From contig JAGIQG010000043.1 of assembly GCA_024679065.1 (NCBI GenBank), positions 1,984,001 to 2,048,000 of the forward strand: a stretch of 64,000 nucleotides of DNA. The letters run 5' to 3'. Shown one piece after another: positions 36,750 to 49,172 of the stretch; position 1 is the stretch's first letter, and each line of letters opens with the position of its first letter. A model generated the notes under the pieces. That model saw only the letters and a list, made by a program, of their open reading frames with translations, did no database searches and was not told the DNA's origin. Source of the stretch: Sphyrna mokarran (lineage: Eukaryota). Both the position numbers and the translations under genes were made by a program.

Positions 36750-38250
36750 GTGGGTGGCACGGGAGCACACGCGGGCAGCTCGGGTCATTGTCTGTATGGC
36801 GTTTGCACATTGTCCTCGTGTCTGCGTGAGTTTCCTCTGGGTACCCCGGTTTCCTCTCACAGTGCAGGTTGATTCGCCATGATAAAATTGACCCTTAGTG
36901 TCCTACGATGCTTAGAATAGAGGAATCAATGGGTAGTAATATGTAGGAATATGGGGGTAGAGTTTGGGTGGGATTGTGGTCGGTACAGACTTGAAGGGCC
37001 TCTTTCCGCACTGTAGGGTTCTATGAATCTATGACTCCCTGGAGTACAAATAAAGAAGTACATTTTCAGAATGTGAAACTTTGAGAAACCTGTGATAGGA
37101 TAATGATTGATTGAATTTATAGAATCATAGAAACCCTACAGTGCTGAAGGAAGCCATTCGGCCTATTGACCACGCACCAACAAAAATCCCACCCAAAGCC
37201 TGTAATCCCATAACCCCACTTATTTATGTTGCTAATCCCGCTGACACTAAGGGGCAATTTACCATGGCCAATCCACTTAGTTTATACATCGTTGGACACT
37301 AAAAGGAAATTTAGCAAGGCCAATCCATCTAGCTTACACATCTTTGGACAATAAATGCTTTTGTAGCACGGTCAATCCAATTAACTGCCACATCTTCGGA
37401 CTGTGGGATGAAATTCAAGCACCTGGAGAAAATCCAAGCAGACACGGGGAGAACGTTCAGACTCCACACAAATAGTGACTAGAGGTTGAATTGAGCCTGG
37501 ATCTCTGGCGCTGTGAAGCAGCCATGCTGGTCTTTGTGCCACCATGCCACCGATTGGAAATTAGAGAGATTTGGAATTTACAAGAGACACTCACTGTGAA
37601 GTCTCTAATTAACATGGAGTGCATTAACGGGTGATCATTGTGAATACCGATATCTCTGAGCTGAGACACTTTCACTTAGAAGATGATCACCAGAGTTGAT
37701 CTGAGCAGGCCAAGTACAGCAAGCGCCGCTACTCCAAGTTTCTGTGGAGACGCTGATGTAACTGGTGATGGTGTAGTTCCCATTCAGCTCCAGAGTCCCT
37801 GAATTCATCTGTACCCAGATATCCCGGGATTTAGTAGCATGACGATTTAAATGATCGTCATGCTAAATCGTCCCCTGGTGTTCCAGAATGTGTAAACCAT
37901 GTGGATGGGCCATGTTAAATTGCCTTTAAAGGCCAAAGATGTGTCGGTTAGCTATTGGACGTGCGAAATTGCCCCTTACCATCCAAAGATGAGTGGGTTT
38001 GGTGGAATGATCATGCTAAATTGTCATTTAGTGTCGGAAGGTGTGCAGTTTCGGTGGACTGGCCATGCTAAATTGGCCTTTAGTGTCCAAAGGTGTGCCG
38101 GTTATGTGGATTGGACATGCTAAATTGCCCTCAGTGTCCGGGAGATTAGTGGAGTACGTACAAAAGGTGACGTAGATATGGCACGTTTGGGATTATTGAT
38201 TGTGATTGGCTGATTGGCCGAATATCCTATTTCTATGCTGGAGGTATTCG
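36750..38250. mobile_element. V-SINE cluster (+ 36750-37030, - 37120-37550, + 52-bp array 37855-38250) flanking the C1 remnant
   Basis: V core and 52-bp units. Confidence 0.75.
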
Positions 38251-38911
38251 ATTATTCTAATTCAGTATATATTTTTTGTTAATTGTTATTGATTGATTCA
38301 TACACTACATTTTCCCCTTCGTTAATATGTGTTTTATTGCAAATTAAACGTGAATGCGAAGCTACATAATCATACATTGCACAGCACAGCTGGAGACCAT
38401 TCCACCATTCGTGCCCCTGCTGGACCATTGCAGATTTATCTAATTAGTCCCCGCCCTCTCTTTTCTTGTTTCCCCCATATCTCTGGCACTTTGGCCCCAT
38501 CACATTCTTAAGCAAACAGCCTCTTTTGAAATTTCCGATTGAATCTGCCTTTCGGGCAGTGACTTCCATTTGACAATAATATGTTTAAATTAATCCTTCC
38601 CGTTTCCAGACATTTACCAATTGTCATCAATCTCTTTCACCCTCAGTAAAAATAGTATCTTTATTTACTGTACAGAAATCATTATCCACTCATCTGAATT
38701 TGTCAAGGATATCTCACCTTGGAAGAGGTGGAGCAGTGCACAAACGCCGAGCAAACTCATTGTCCATGAACCAATCGGCGGGTTTCTGAATACTAATCCA
38801 AACCTCACTGCGAAATCTCTGTGTGGGAGACGTGACATATGCAGTGCAAATACCGTGTTTATTAATGCATACACGATTGGTGTTACAAAATAGAACTGAG
38901 GCAGAAAGCTC

Positions 38912-38929
38912 TGTGGTTTTCCTGTTTAC
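38912..38929 (-). promoter_or_regulatory. RUNX-ETS-FOX element of copy 3
   Basis: TGTGGTTTTCCTGTTTAC. Confidence 0.6.
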
Positions 38930-39639
38930 TACAGGTCCAAGTATCGTAACAGCCTGAGCACATTTGGCAAAATACCTCATATCAGGTGGGCCAGATTTAG
39001 AGGACAGAGCACGGCTGTTCCTAATCTGGCCAGGATACAGAGCTAATGTAACTTTTGTTCTAAATACTCACAAGATTGACAGCAGAACTGATAGCTATTA
39101 ACTATCATTAAGCATCAAACTTGGAGTTCTCGCTAAAACAAGTGACGATTCAGGATTTGCAGGAAAGAAGCAATGACAACTATGACATGGTTGGAAGTAC
39201 AGACGTAGGGTTTCTAATGAACTGGTCACCAGTTTAAGATAGTCATCATTAAGTACAATAAGAAATGCAAGAAATTGGGCAGAACGTGATTAGATTTGAT
39301 CTGAATTGATTTGATTTATTGTTGTCACAGCGAATATTTATTATCTGTATACAGTGCAAATATTGCTTCTTGCGCTATACAGACAAACTATCCCGTTCAT
39401 AGTGTGCAGACATTTGATTTAATATTGTCACATGCATTAACATACAGTTAAAAGTATTGTTACTTGCACGCTATGATAACAAAGCATACTGTATGTGGAG
39501 TGCATCAGAGTAAGGAAAAGAGGGGGTGCAGAATATAATGTTATAGTCATAACTAGGTTGTTGAGGACGATCAGCTTAACATAAGGTAGGTCCATTCAAA
39601 AGTCTGGTAGCAGCAGGGAAGAAGCTGTTCTTGAGTTAG

Positions 39640-40085
39640 AGATTGAGTAGGTTCGGACTTTATTCCCTGGAGCGTAGAAGAATGAGGGATAATTTGATAC
39701 ACATGTATAAGATTTCGATGGGTATAGATAGAGTGAATGCAAGCAGGCTTTTTCCACTGAGCCAAGGGAGAAAAAAAAAACAGAGGGCATGGGTTAAGTG
39801 TGAAAGGAGAAAAGTTTTAAGGGAATATTGGGGGAGGGAAGTCTTCTTCACACAGAGAGTGGTAGGGGTGTGGAATGAGCTGCCGAATAAAGTGGTAAAT
39901 GCGCGGTATTTATAATATTAAGGTAATATTTAGGAAAAACTTGGACGGGTTCATGGATGAGAGGGATATGGAGGGATATGGTCCAAGTGCAGTGGAACTA
40001 GACAAAAAATGGTTGGGAACAGACAAGAAAGATCAAAAGGCCTTTTTTCTGAGCTGAAATTTTCTATGGTTCTATGGTTCTATGA
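39640..40085 (+). mobile_element. CR1 3' fragment
   Basis: YSLERRRMR and FTQRVVGVWNELP motifs. Confidence 0.85.
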
Positions 40086-41759
40086 GTCTCTTGATTCTTG
40101 GTCTCAGACTTTTCTATCTGTTTTCCTGACGAAAGAAAGTGAGCGGAAAGTGAAAGAATGTGGAACACACTATCACAGGGAATGATTGAGATGAAATGAA
40201 TGTAATTGGAAAGTTGGAGAAAGGCAGCAGGGAGAAATGAATGAAGGAGATGTTGATGGGGTGATATGAAGAGGAAACAGGATGAAGAACGCGTGGGGAA
40301 TTAAGAACTGCACCAAGGAGATGAACCGAATGGTCCACGCTGTGCTCAGCGTTTTATACAGTCTTGTAACTAAAAATATGAATTGAAAGCTGTGCAGTTC
40401 AGAGATATTGAAGGGCTGATGTGTAAACAGTTAGTGCTGCCTCTTTGCTCTCAGTGGTTTGCAACAGGACATGTTTGTCATTGTATCAGTGAGACGATGG
40501 TCGCCCTGATTAATATAGAAACAAGCCCGCCCACACGATGTTACATGGTCCTTTACTGTAAGTCAAGTATATTTGGAACTGCAGTGATGTTTCTTCTTCT
40601 GTGCTCAATAAGACACTTGCCCAAAACAATATCTTTCGAACAGAAATTTGCTAATGACTTGATCGGCTAACTTTCAGCTTTTTTTTTTCATTTGAGAGGC
40701 AATCCCATTGCTGTGGATCTGGAGTTGCATGTGTGCCATTCCAGGTCAGAACGGTAGATTTCTCCTTAAAGGACATTAGTGAATCAGAAAAGTATTTTAC
40801 AACTATTAAGATTGGTTTCATGGTGATCAGTACGTCTTTAATTCCAGATTGGTTTTCATAAGAATACAGAACAATACAGCGGACGCTTTTAACTCACATT
40901 ATTGTGCCGACCTGACACCAAATTAAACGAAACCTTTCTGTCTTCCCTTGGTCCAAAACCTTCAATTCGATGCATATTAATATTCTTATCCAACTGTCCC
41001 TTATAAGCCCCAACCATATCTCCCGTGCCACTAACCCTGCCAGCGAGTTCCTGACACCTATCTATGTAAAAAAAAAAGCTTGCACTTCTTACACATAATT
41101 TTCTGTGGTCCTTTTTTTGTGCGTTGGAAGATTCCATTCATTATTTGCTTTTGCATTTTTGTTACTCTTTTTAGGAACATCTTTTTGGTCTTTAAAATTT
41201 TCTCAATTCCCCCAGCCTGCTATTGATCTTTTCAGTATGATATGCGTTTTTATTTGTAATTTTCACTCCTCCTAGAGGATTTCTTACTCGGAGATCAATA
41301 ATTAATTCCATCCTATTTTTTTTTTCACAGAAAGGATCGAGGGAGGTGGGAGGGGGTTGTGGTTGGTAGTGAGTGTTTGGGATAAGCTGCCACAGACAGT
41401 AGTAGAGGCGATACAATTTTATCCTTGAAAAAGCATTTAGACAGTTATTTGGGGACAATGGATATAGAGTAATATTGGGCGAAAGCGGGCAATTGGGATT
41501 AGCTTACTGTTTTTTTTAAGAAAATGGCATGGACAAGTTAGGCCGAACGTCCTCTTTCCATGTTGTAAACTCTATGAGTCTATTGCCCTGTCTATTCCTA
41601 TCAGGTTTTACCCACACCAGGGCGTCTCGCGCGTCCTACTGTGTGCAGAGGACATGGAGGGGCAGAAGCCGCGAGCCAAGATTCTACCCACTTTACACCA
41701 CTGATGGAAAATCATTCGAGCCAGAAGCTGACATGAAGCATGAAGCTGGGGGAGTAGTT

Positions 41760-43130
41760 ATAGCTGGGGGAAGGGTAATTATGAGGCCATCAGGAGAGAA
41801 TTAGTGTGCATAGATTGGACTAGGAAACTACAGGGACTGGGAACATCTGGAATGTGGAGCTTATTCAAAGAGCAGCTGCTGCGAGTCCTTGATAAGTATG
41901 TCCCTGTCAGGCGAGGAGGAAATGGTCGAGTAAGAGAACCTTGGTGTACGAAAAAAGTTGATTTGCTGGTTAAAAGGAAAAAGGAGGCTTATGTCAGGAT
42001 GAGGTTTGAAGGCTCGGTTAGTGCAATGGATAGCTATAGATTAGCCAGGAGGGAGCTAAAGAGTGAATTGAGGAGAGCTAAGAGAGGACACGAGAAGACT
42101 TTGGCTGATAGGATTAAGGAGAATCCTAAAGCTTTCTTTAGATATGTTAAGAATAGAAGATTGGTTAGGGCAAGATTAGGGCCAGTCATAGACAGCAGTG
42201 GGAATTAGTGCGTGGAGCCTGAAGAGATTGGAGAAGTACTGAATAATATTTCTCTTCGGTATTCACGCAGGGTGATGTAAATGTAGTTATGGAGAACACT
42301 GAGGTACAGGGTAGCAAGCTGAGAGGTGGCAAATGGAGTTTAATGTGGAAAAGTGTGAGGTAATGCGCTATGGCAGAAATAATAAATGTGTTGAGTATAG
42401 GGCAAATGGTAGGATTCTTAGTAGTCTTGATGAACAGAGGGATCTTGGTGTGTATGTGCATAGATCCCTGAAAGTAGGCAGTCAGGTCGAGAAGGTTGTT
42501 AGGAAGGCATATGGAGTCTTGGCTTTTATTGGTAGAGGGATTGAATTTCGGAGCCGCAACGTCATGTTGCAACTGTACAAAACTCTAGTGCGGCCGCACT
42601 TGGAGTATTGTGTGCAGTTCTGGTCCCCACATTATAAGAAAGATGTGGAGGCATTGGAGAGGGTACAGAGGAGGTTTACCAGGATGTTGCCTGGTATGGA
42701 GGGCAGGTCTTATGAAGAGAGGCTGAGGGATTTGAGGTTGTTTTCGTTAGAAAGGAGGCGGCTAAGAGGGGACCTTATCGAAACATATAAGATGATTAGA
42801 GGTTTAGATAGGGTGGACAGTGATAGCCTTTTTCCTAGGATGGAAAAAGCTAGCACGAGGGGACACAGCTTTAAATTAAGGGGTGATAGTTATAGGACGG
42901 ATATCAGAGGTAGGTTCTTTACCCAAAGGGTGGTTCGGGAGTGGAATGCCCTGCCTGCAGCAGTTGTAGATGCGCCAAGTTTGGTGGCGTTTAAGAGGTT
43001 AGTTGATAAGTATATGGAAGAGAAGGGAATGGTTTAGTTTGGAGGGGCATTGCTTTTTATATTGGTCGGCGCAACATCGAAGGCCGAAGGGCCTGTTCTG
43101 TGCTGTAATGTTCTATGTTCTATGTTCTGA
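41760..43130 (+). mobile_element. Young CR1 with an internal deletion near 42320
   Basis: KENPKAFF region joined directly to RWQMEFN; intact ORF2 C-terminus 42333-43037; TGTTCTA tail. Confidence 0.92.
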
Positions 43131-43365
43131 CAGTGGTTTTCTTGTTTTCACAGTTCAGATTCTGCACGCACACAGCTGCCTGGGGAGGACACACCTTACC
43201 TCTCAGCTTGAAACCGCAAGCAGCAGACAGTCCAATTTAAACTGCAACCGCCCCGCCCGCACCTCGCCGCCGCTTATTTTGAGACTGTGCCCTCTTGTCC
43301 TGCTATTCTTTCTAAGCAGGAAGAATCTCTCTACCTCCTCCCTCAATCAGCAGGCTAAGCGTATT

Positions 43366-45692
43366 AGAACATAGATCATAGAACATTACAGCACAGAACA
43401 GGCCCTTCGGCCTTCGATGTTGTGCCGACCAAAATAAAAAGCAATGCCCCTCCAAACTAAACCATTCCCTTCTCTTCCATATACTTATCAATTAACCTCT
43501 TAAACGCCACCAAACTTGGCGCATCTACAACAGCTGCAGGCAGGGCATTCCACTCCCTAATCAATCTTTGAGTAAAGAACCTACCTCTGATATCCGTCCT
43601 ATAACTCATACCCCTTAATTTAAAGCTGTGTCCCCTCGTGCTACTTTCTCCATCCTAGGAAAAAGGCTATCACTGTCCACCCTATCTAAACCTCTAATCA
43701 TCTTATATGCTTCAATAAGATCCCCTCTTAGCCGCCTCCTTTCTAACGAAAACAACCTCAAATCCTTCAACCTCTCTTCATAGGACCTGCCCTCCATACC
43801 AGGCAACATCCTGGTAAACCTCCTCTGTACCCTCTCCAATGCCTCCACATCTTTCTTATAATGTGGGGACCAGAACTGCACACAATACTCCAAGTGCGGC
43901 CGCACTAGAGTTTTGTACAGTTGCAACATGATGCTGTGGCTCCTAAATTCAATCCCCCTACCAATAAAAGCTAAGACTCCATATGCCTTCTTAACAACTT
44001 TATCCACTTGACTGCCTACTTTCAGGGATCTATTGACACATACACCAAGATCCTTCTGTTCCTCAACACTATTAAGAGCCCTACCAGTAGCCCTATACTC
44101 TACACATTTATTGTTCCTGCCAAAGTGCATTACCTCACACTTTTCCACATTAAACTCCATTTGCCACCTCTCGGCCCAGCTCTGCAACTTGTCCAAGTCA
44201 CTCTGTAAACTATAACACCCCTCTTCACTATCTACCACTCCACCGACTTTAGTGTCATCTGCAAATTTACTGATACATCCCTCAATACCCTCATCCAGAT
44301 CATTTATAAAAATTACAAACAGCAGGGGCCCCAAAACAGACCCCTGAGGCACACCACTTGTCACCGAACTCCACGATGAATATCTCCCATCAACCACCAC
44401 CCTCTGTCTTCTATCTGCCAGCCAATTCCTAATCCAATTAGCTAAATCACCCTGTATTCCACACATCTGCATTTTCTGTAGAAGTCTTCCATGGGCCACC
44501 TTATCAAACGCCTTACTAAAGTCCATATATACTACATCAACCGCCTTACCCCCATCCACATCTTTGGTCACTTTTTCAAAAAACTCAATGAGGTTAGTAA
44601 GGCACGACCTACCCTTCACAAAACCGTGCTGACTATCCCCAATCAATTCATTTCTCTCTAAATAACGATAAATCCTATCCCTAATAATTCTCTCCAATAC
44701 TTTGCCCACAACAGAAGTAAGACTCACTGGCCTATAATTCCCTGGAAGGTCTCTCTTCCCCTTCTTAAACAATGGGACCACATTCGCTATCCTCCAGTCC
44801 TCCGGAACCACACCCGTAACCAACGAGGACGTGAAGATCAGAGCCAGAGGCTCTGCAATCTCCTCTCTTGCCTCCCAGAGAATGCTAGGGTAAATCCCGT
44901 CCGGCCCAGGGGACTTATCCAACTACAAACCCTCGAGAATTCCTAGCACATCCTCCCTATAGAACATAGAACATTACAGCACAGAACAGGCCCTTCGGCC
45001 TTCGATGTTGTGCCGACCAAAATAAAAAGCAATGCCCCTCCTAACTAAACCATTCCCTTCTCTTCCCTATACTTATCAATTAACCTCTTAAACGCCACCA
45101 AACTTGGCGCATCTACAACAGCTGCAGGCAGGGCATTCCACTCCCTAATCACTCTTTGAGTAAAGAACCTACCTCTGATATCCGTCCTATAACTCATACC
45201 CCTTAATTTAAAGCTGTGTCCCCTCGTGCTAGCTTTCTCCATCCTAGGAAAAAGGCTATCACTGTCCACCCTATCTAAACCTCTAATCATCTTATATGCT
45301 TCAATAAGATCCCCTCTTAGCCGCCTCCTTTCTAACGAATCTACTACAATACTTCCCAATTTGCAACCCTGTACCTCAGTGTTCTCCATAGCTACATTTC
45401 CAGCACTCTGCGTGAATACCGAAGAGAAATATTTATTCAGTGCCTCACCAATCTCTTCAGGCTCCACGCACAACTTCCCACTGCTGTCTATGACTGGCCC
45501 TAATCTTGCCCTAACCAATCTTCTGTTCTTAACATATCGAAAGAAAGCTTTAGGATTCTCCTTAATCCTATCAGCCAACATCTTCTCGTGTCACCTCTTA
45601 GCTCTCCTCAATTCACTTTTTAGCTCCTTCCTGGCTAATCTATAGCTATCCATTGCACTAACTGAGCCTTCAAGCCTCATCCTGACATAAGC
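43366..45692 (-). mobile_element. Young 5'-truncated CR1 (RT ORF 43615-44922) containing a nested copy of its own 3' end (about 44960-45340), flanked by 39-bp direct repeats
   Basis: Full RT motifs; direct repeat CTCTCTACCTCCTCCCTCAATCAGCAGGCTAAGCGTATT at 43327-43365 and 45693-45731. Confidence 0.92.
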
Positions 45693-47482
45693 CTCTCTAC
45701 CTCCTCCCTCAATCAGCAGGCTAAGCGTATTCTGTACATACAATGAGCATTGAAACATCTCTCTCAGGCTGCCACTGTGCATGTCAGTATTATTCACGCA
45801 CAGTCCATCCAATTTCTCTGCGAAGAAATTCCATCACGAATGAAGGATCACACTTGAGCATATGGATAAACCTTTTCAAGTTAAAAATTAATGTATTAGG
45901 AACAAGTAAGACTTATTGCAATTGGGTTACTGTGGAATTCCGCCTGTCACCGCAGTCGGGCGACTGTTCAGGTCGATGCACTGAACTAGCACGTCTGGCA
46001 GGGTATCCAGGCAGACACGGGGAGAATGTGCATACTTCACACAGACAGTGAGGAAAACCGGGAATCAAAAGCAAGTCCATGGTGATAAGAAGCAGCAGTG
46101 CTCATCCCTACGGTATCATGCCGTCCCAGATTTCAGACCGAGTGAGGAAAGTTTTCCTCAGCCAGGGAGTGGTGAACGTGTGGAATTCACTCTAGTGCTG
46201 TACACTTCAATGCTATACTCTAAGAAGACAACTCAACACCACCAATCAATTGGCCCATAGAGGTGATTAATAAATGCCATAAAGCCATATGATAAAGGAT
46301 CGAAATTATGCCATTCTACCCATCGATTCTGCTTTGTCATTCGATCATGGTTGAGATGTTTCTCAAATTCATTCTCCTGCCTTTTTCCCTAAACCTTTGA
46401 ACGACTTACCAATCAAGATCATATCTATCTCTCTCTTAAATATTATCAATGAATTGGCCTCCACTGCCTTCTGTGACAATAAATTCCACAGATTAACGAC
46501 TCTCTGGCTGAAGGAATTCCTTCCCATCTTTTTGTTTCTAAAGGGTCAACCTTTTCCCTGATTCTGTGCGCTGGAGCTGAGTCTGTCCTACCAATGGACT
46601 GTGGCACAGTGGTTAGCACTGCTGCCTCACAGCATCAGGGACTCAGGTTCAATTCCGGCCTTGGATGACTGTGTGGCGTTTACACATTCTCCTTGTGCCT
46701 GCATGGCAATCCTGTGGGTTCTTCTATTTACTCCCATAGTCCAAAAATGGATGGGTTTGTTGGATTGGACATGATAAATTGCCCGTGGCGTCGGGGGCTC
46801 GGCAATTGATGACTACATGGGATTTAATGGGATTGAGAGTTATAGATAGACCTGGTAGGTATTTATAGGATCGGAGCAAATTGTGGGCCGAATGACCTGT
46901 TTGTGCTGTAGTGTTGTATGTTCTATGCTCTATAATGTGGCGTTCCGGGGATATGGCTTGTATGGGGTCATTGTCATTCTAGGCCTGATGGACTAAATGG
47001 CCGCCTTCTACACTGTAGTGATTCCATTCTATTCTGAGCATGTTTTTCACGTCCACTCGACCCAGGCTTTTCAATGTTCTATAAGTTTCAGGGAGTTTCC
47101 CACCCTCATGCTCCCAAACTAAGCCGCCATACTTCATATCCTGGAAATAAAGTAAACTTCAACTTACATATTCAGTACACTTCCCACAATGATTCGCTTT
47201 TGATCGCCTTGGAATGACAAACCGGTCAAGCTCTCTGTGGATATTCTATTATTTGACCGTTGTGACGTGTAGGTGGTGACAACAGCGTGTCAAATACATG
47301 TATCATTCAGCAGAGCAATGCCCTCAACATTTGGTCATACTTTCCATTGCGTCTCTTGTCATAGTTTTCACCACATCTTAAAGTGCAGCCATTAATTAGG
47401 ACCGAGCCCAGGTATGTCCTTGACCGCCCAGCAAAAACAAACTGGTGCAAGTGGGAACAAACTGGTTGCTCACCTTTGCAAA

Positions 47483-47552
47483 ATGTCCCAGCAATCTTTA
47501 TCGCTGATAATCATTCTCCAACTGTTGTGGGCTTATAGTGATTGTGTTCCAG
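47483..47552 (+). CDS. Leader exon MSQQSLSLIIILQLLWAYSDCVP
   Basis: ATG in an AAAATG context, hydrophobic core, phase-1 donor CCAG|GTGAGA. Confidence 0.85.
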
Positions 47553-49135
47553 GTGAGAAGTTTAAATTGTTGTCAGCCAAATTAGATTTTAAGCATTGGT
47601 GTCTCAAATCGGCTTCCAGAGGAATTTCGAGGCAACTTCATTGCAATGTTATTGAAGGCCTTACTTGTCATTAATAAATAAACTTTACTTTTACATCGAC
47701 ACTGCAATGAAGTTACTGTGAAAATCCTCTCGTCGCCATATTCCCGCGCTATGAGGGTACACTGAGGGAGAATTTGGCACGGCCAACGCATCGAACCAGC
47801 TCACTGTGGGAGGAAACTCCGGCATAGAAACGGGGAGAACGTGTACAGAGAGTGGTCCCAGCCAGGAGTTGAACCCGAGTCCCCAGCGTTGTGAGGCAGT
47901 GGTGACGGCAACCTTGCCAACCGGTGACGGTACTGCAAAATCCATAGAAGGGATTTTGTCTCTTCTTTGTTTCCTCCTTTCAAGCGAAGAAAACACAAAT
48001 TGGGAAGTAAATCTAAGGAAGTATCATTGAACTCATTATGAGATTGTTCTTAATTTACAGGCGACTTATTTTGCCAAACGGCTGCTTTCTATGTCGAAAT
48101 AATCTGTGGTAATGTGTCAATAATCTCTCTGGTTACAGATTCTGAGCTGTCTCAACCTGAAAGCTCCTTCACAGTGACAGCTGGAATCGGCCAGACGGTC
48201 AATTTATCCTGTCACTACACTTACGAGGTGAAAATGGTGACTAACTATTTCTGGTATAAACAACGTGTTGGTGGAATCCCTAAAAAAATCGATACTACGA
48301 ACTGTCAGGGGGATGAGTGTAAGTTTATTTCCAAAAAAGGCAACGGCAAATGTGAATTGATACTGGAAATTCGCAATGTCCAGGCGAATGACTTGGGTTC
48401 CTACTATTGTGCTCATAAGTATGGCTCTGCACCGCTCCAGAATGGACCCACACTACTGGTTGGAGGTAAGGGAGCAAGTGAAATGAATTCAGATTGCGCA
48501 TAGAATTTCAAATTTGACGAAAGTAATCATTCACTGCGTCCCAATCTCTGTTCCAGACAGTTCCACCAACAAGACGGCTGTGCAGATCTTTGCCCCGCCG
48601 GCTGAGCTGGATGTGAATGATACTGTGCCCTTAGTGTGTTTGGTCAGTGGAGTTTCTTCCAACCAGATTGCCGTTTTCTGGAATATTTCCGGTCTGGTAA
48701 CTGAAGGATCGAGTGATCTCGGGATAGTGGAGGAGGGCGGCACCCACAGCATCAGGAGTCATGTTATGGTGTCGGGAGTAACCTGGAATAGAGGCGCTGT
48801 TTGCACTTGTGTTGTTCAACTGGGGACTCCAGGGAAATACTGGACGAAGAGTGTGTCGAATCTCAAAACAACAGGTAAGTAGAAAGGTAAAATATTACTC
48901 TGTACATTGAAGCCTTCTATTCAACTTTAGAAACAATTGGATTAATTTAATCGATCCTAGGCATCTGAGGATATATAGGTGTGTACATAAATATGCCTGT
49001 ATGATTATGCATGTCTGTTCTTGATGTGTGTGCGAGTGTGTTTATGTGCGTGCTTGTAACTGTGTGATGTGTTTGTGTATGTGTATGCATTTGTGTATGT
49101 GTCTGTGTGTGTGTCCCTGTGTCTGCATGCGTGTA

Positions 49136-49172
<37 letters not shown>

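Larger units (their letters stand above)
33247..38760 (-). pseudogene. Receptor copy 3. Leader 38718-38760, 3' half of C1 about 37650-37829, TM exon 33247-33368; V and 5' half of C1 deleted
   Basis: Leader MSLLGVCALLHLFQ with a GTGAGA donor. C1 remnant SGTLELNGNYTITSYISVSTETWSSGACCTWPAQ has the canonical Cys changed to Trp and an altered donor. TM exon DSSLLTNCIFLLFRALAMSTLLLLGLVLMATRGIQVAAER-stop. Confidence 0.82.
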
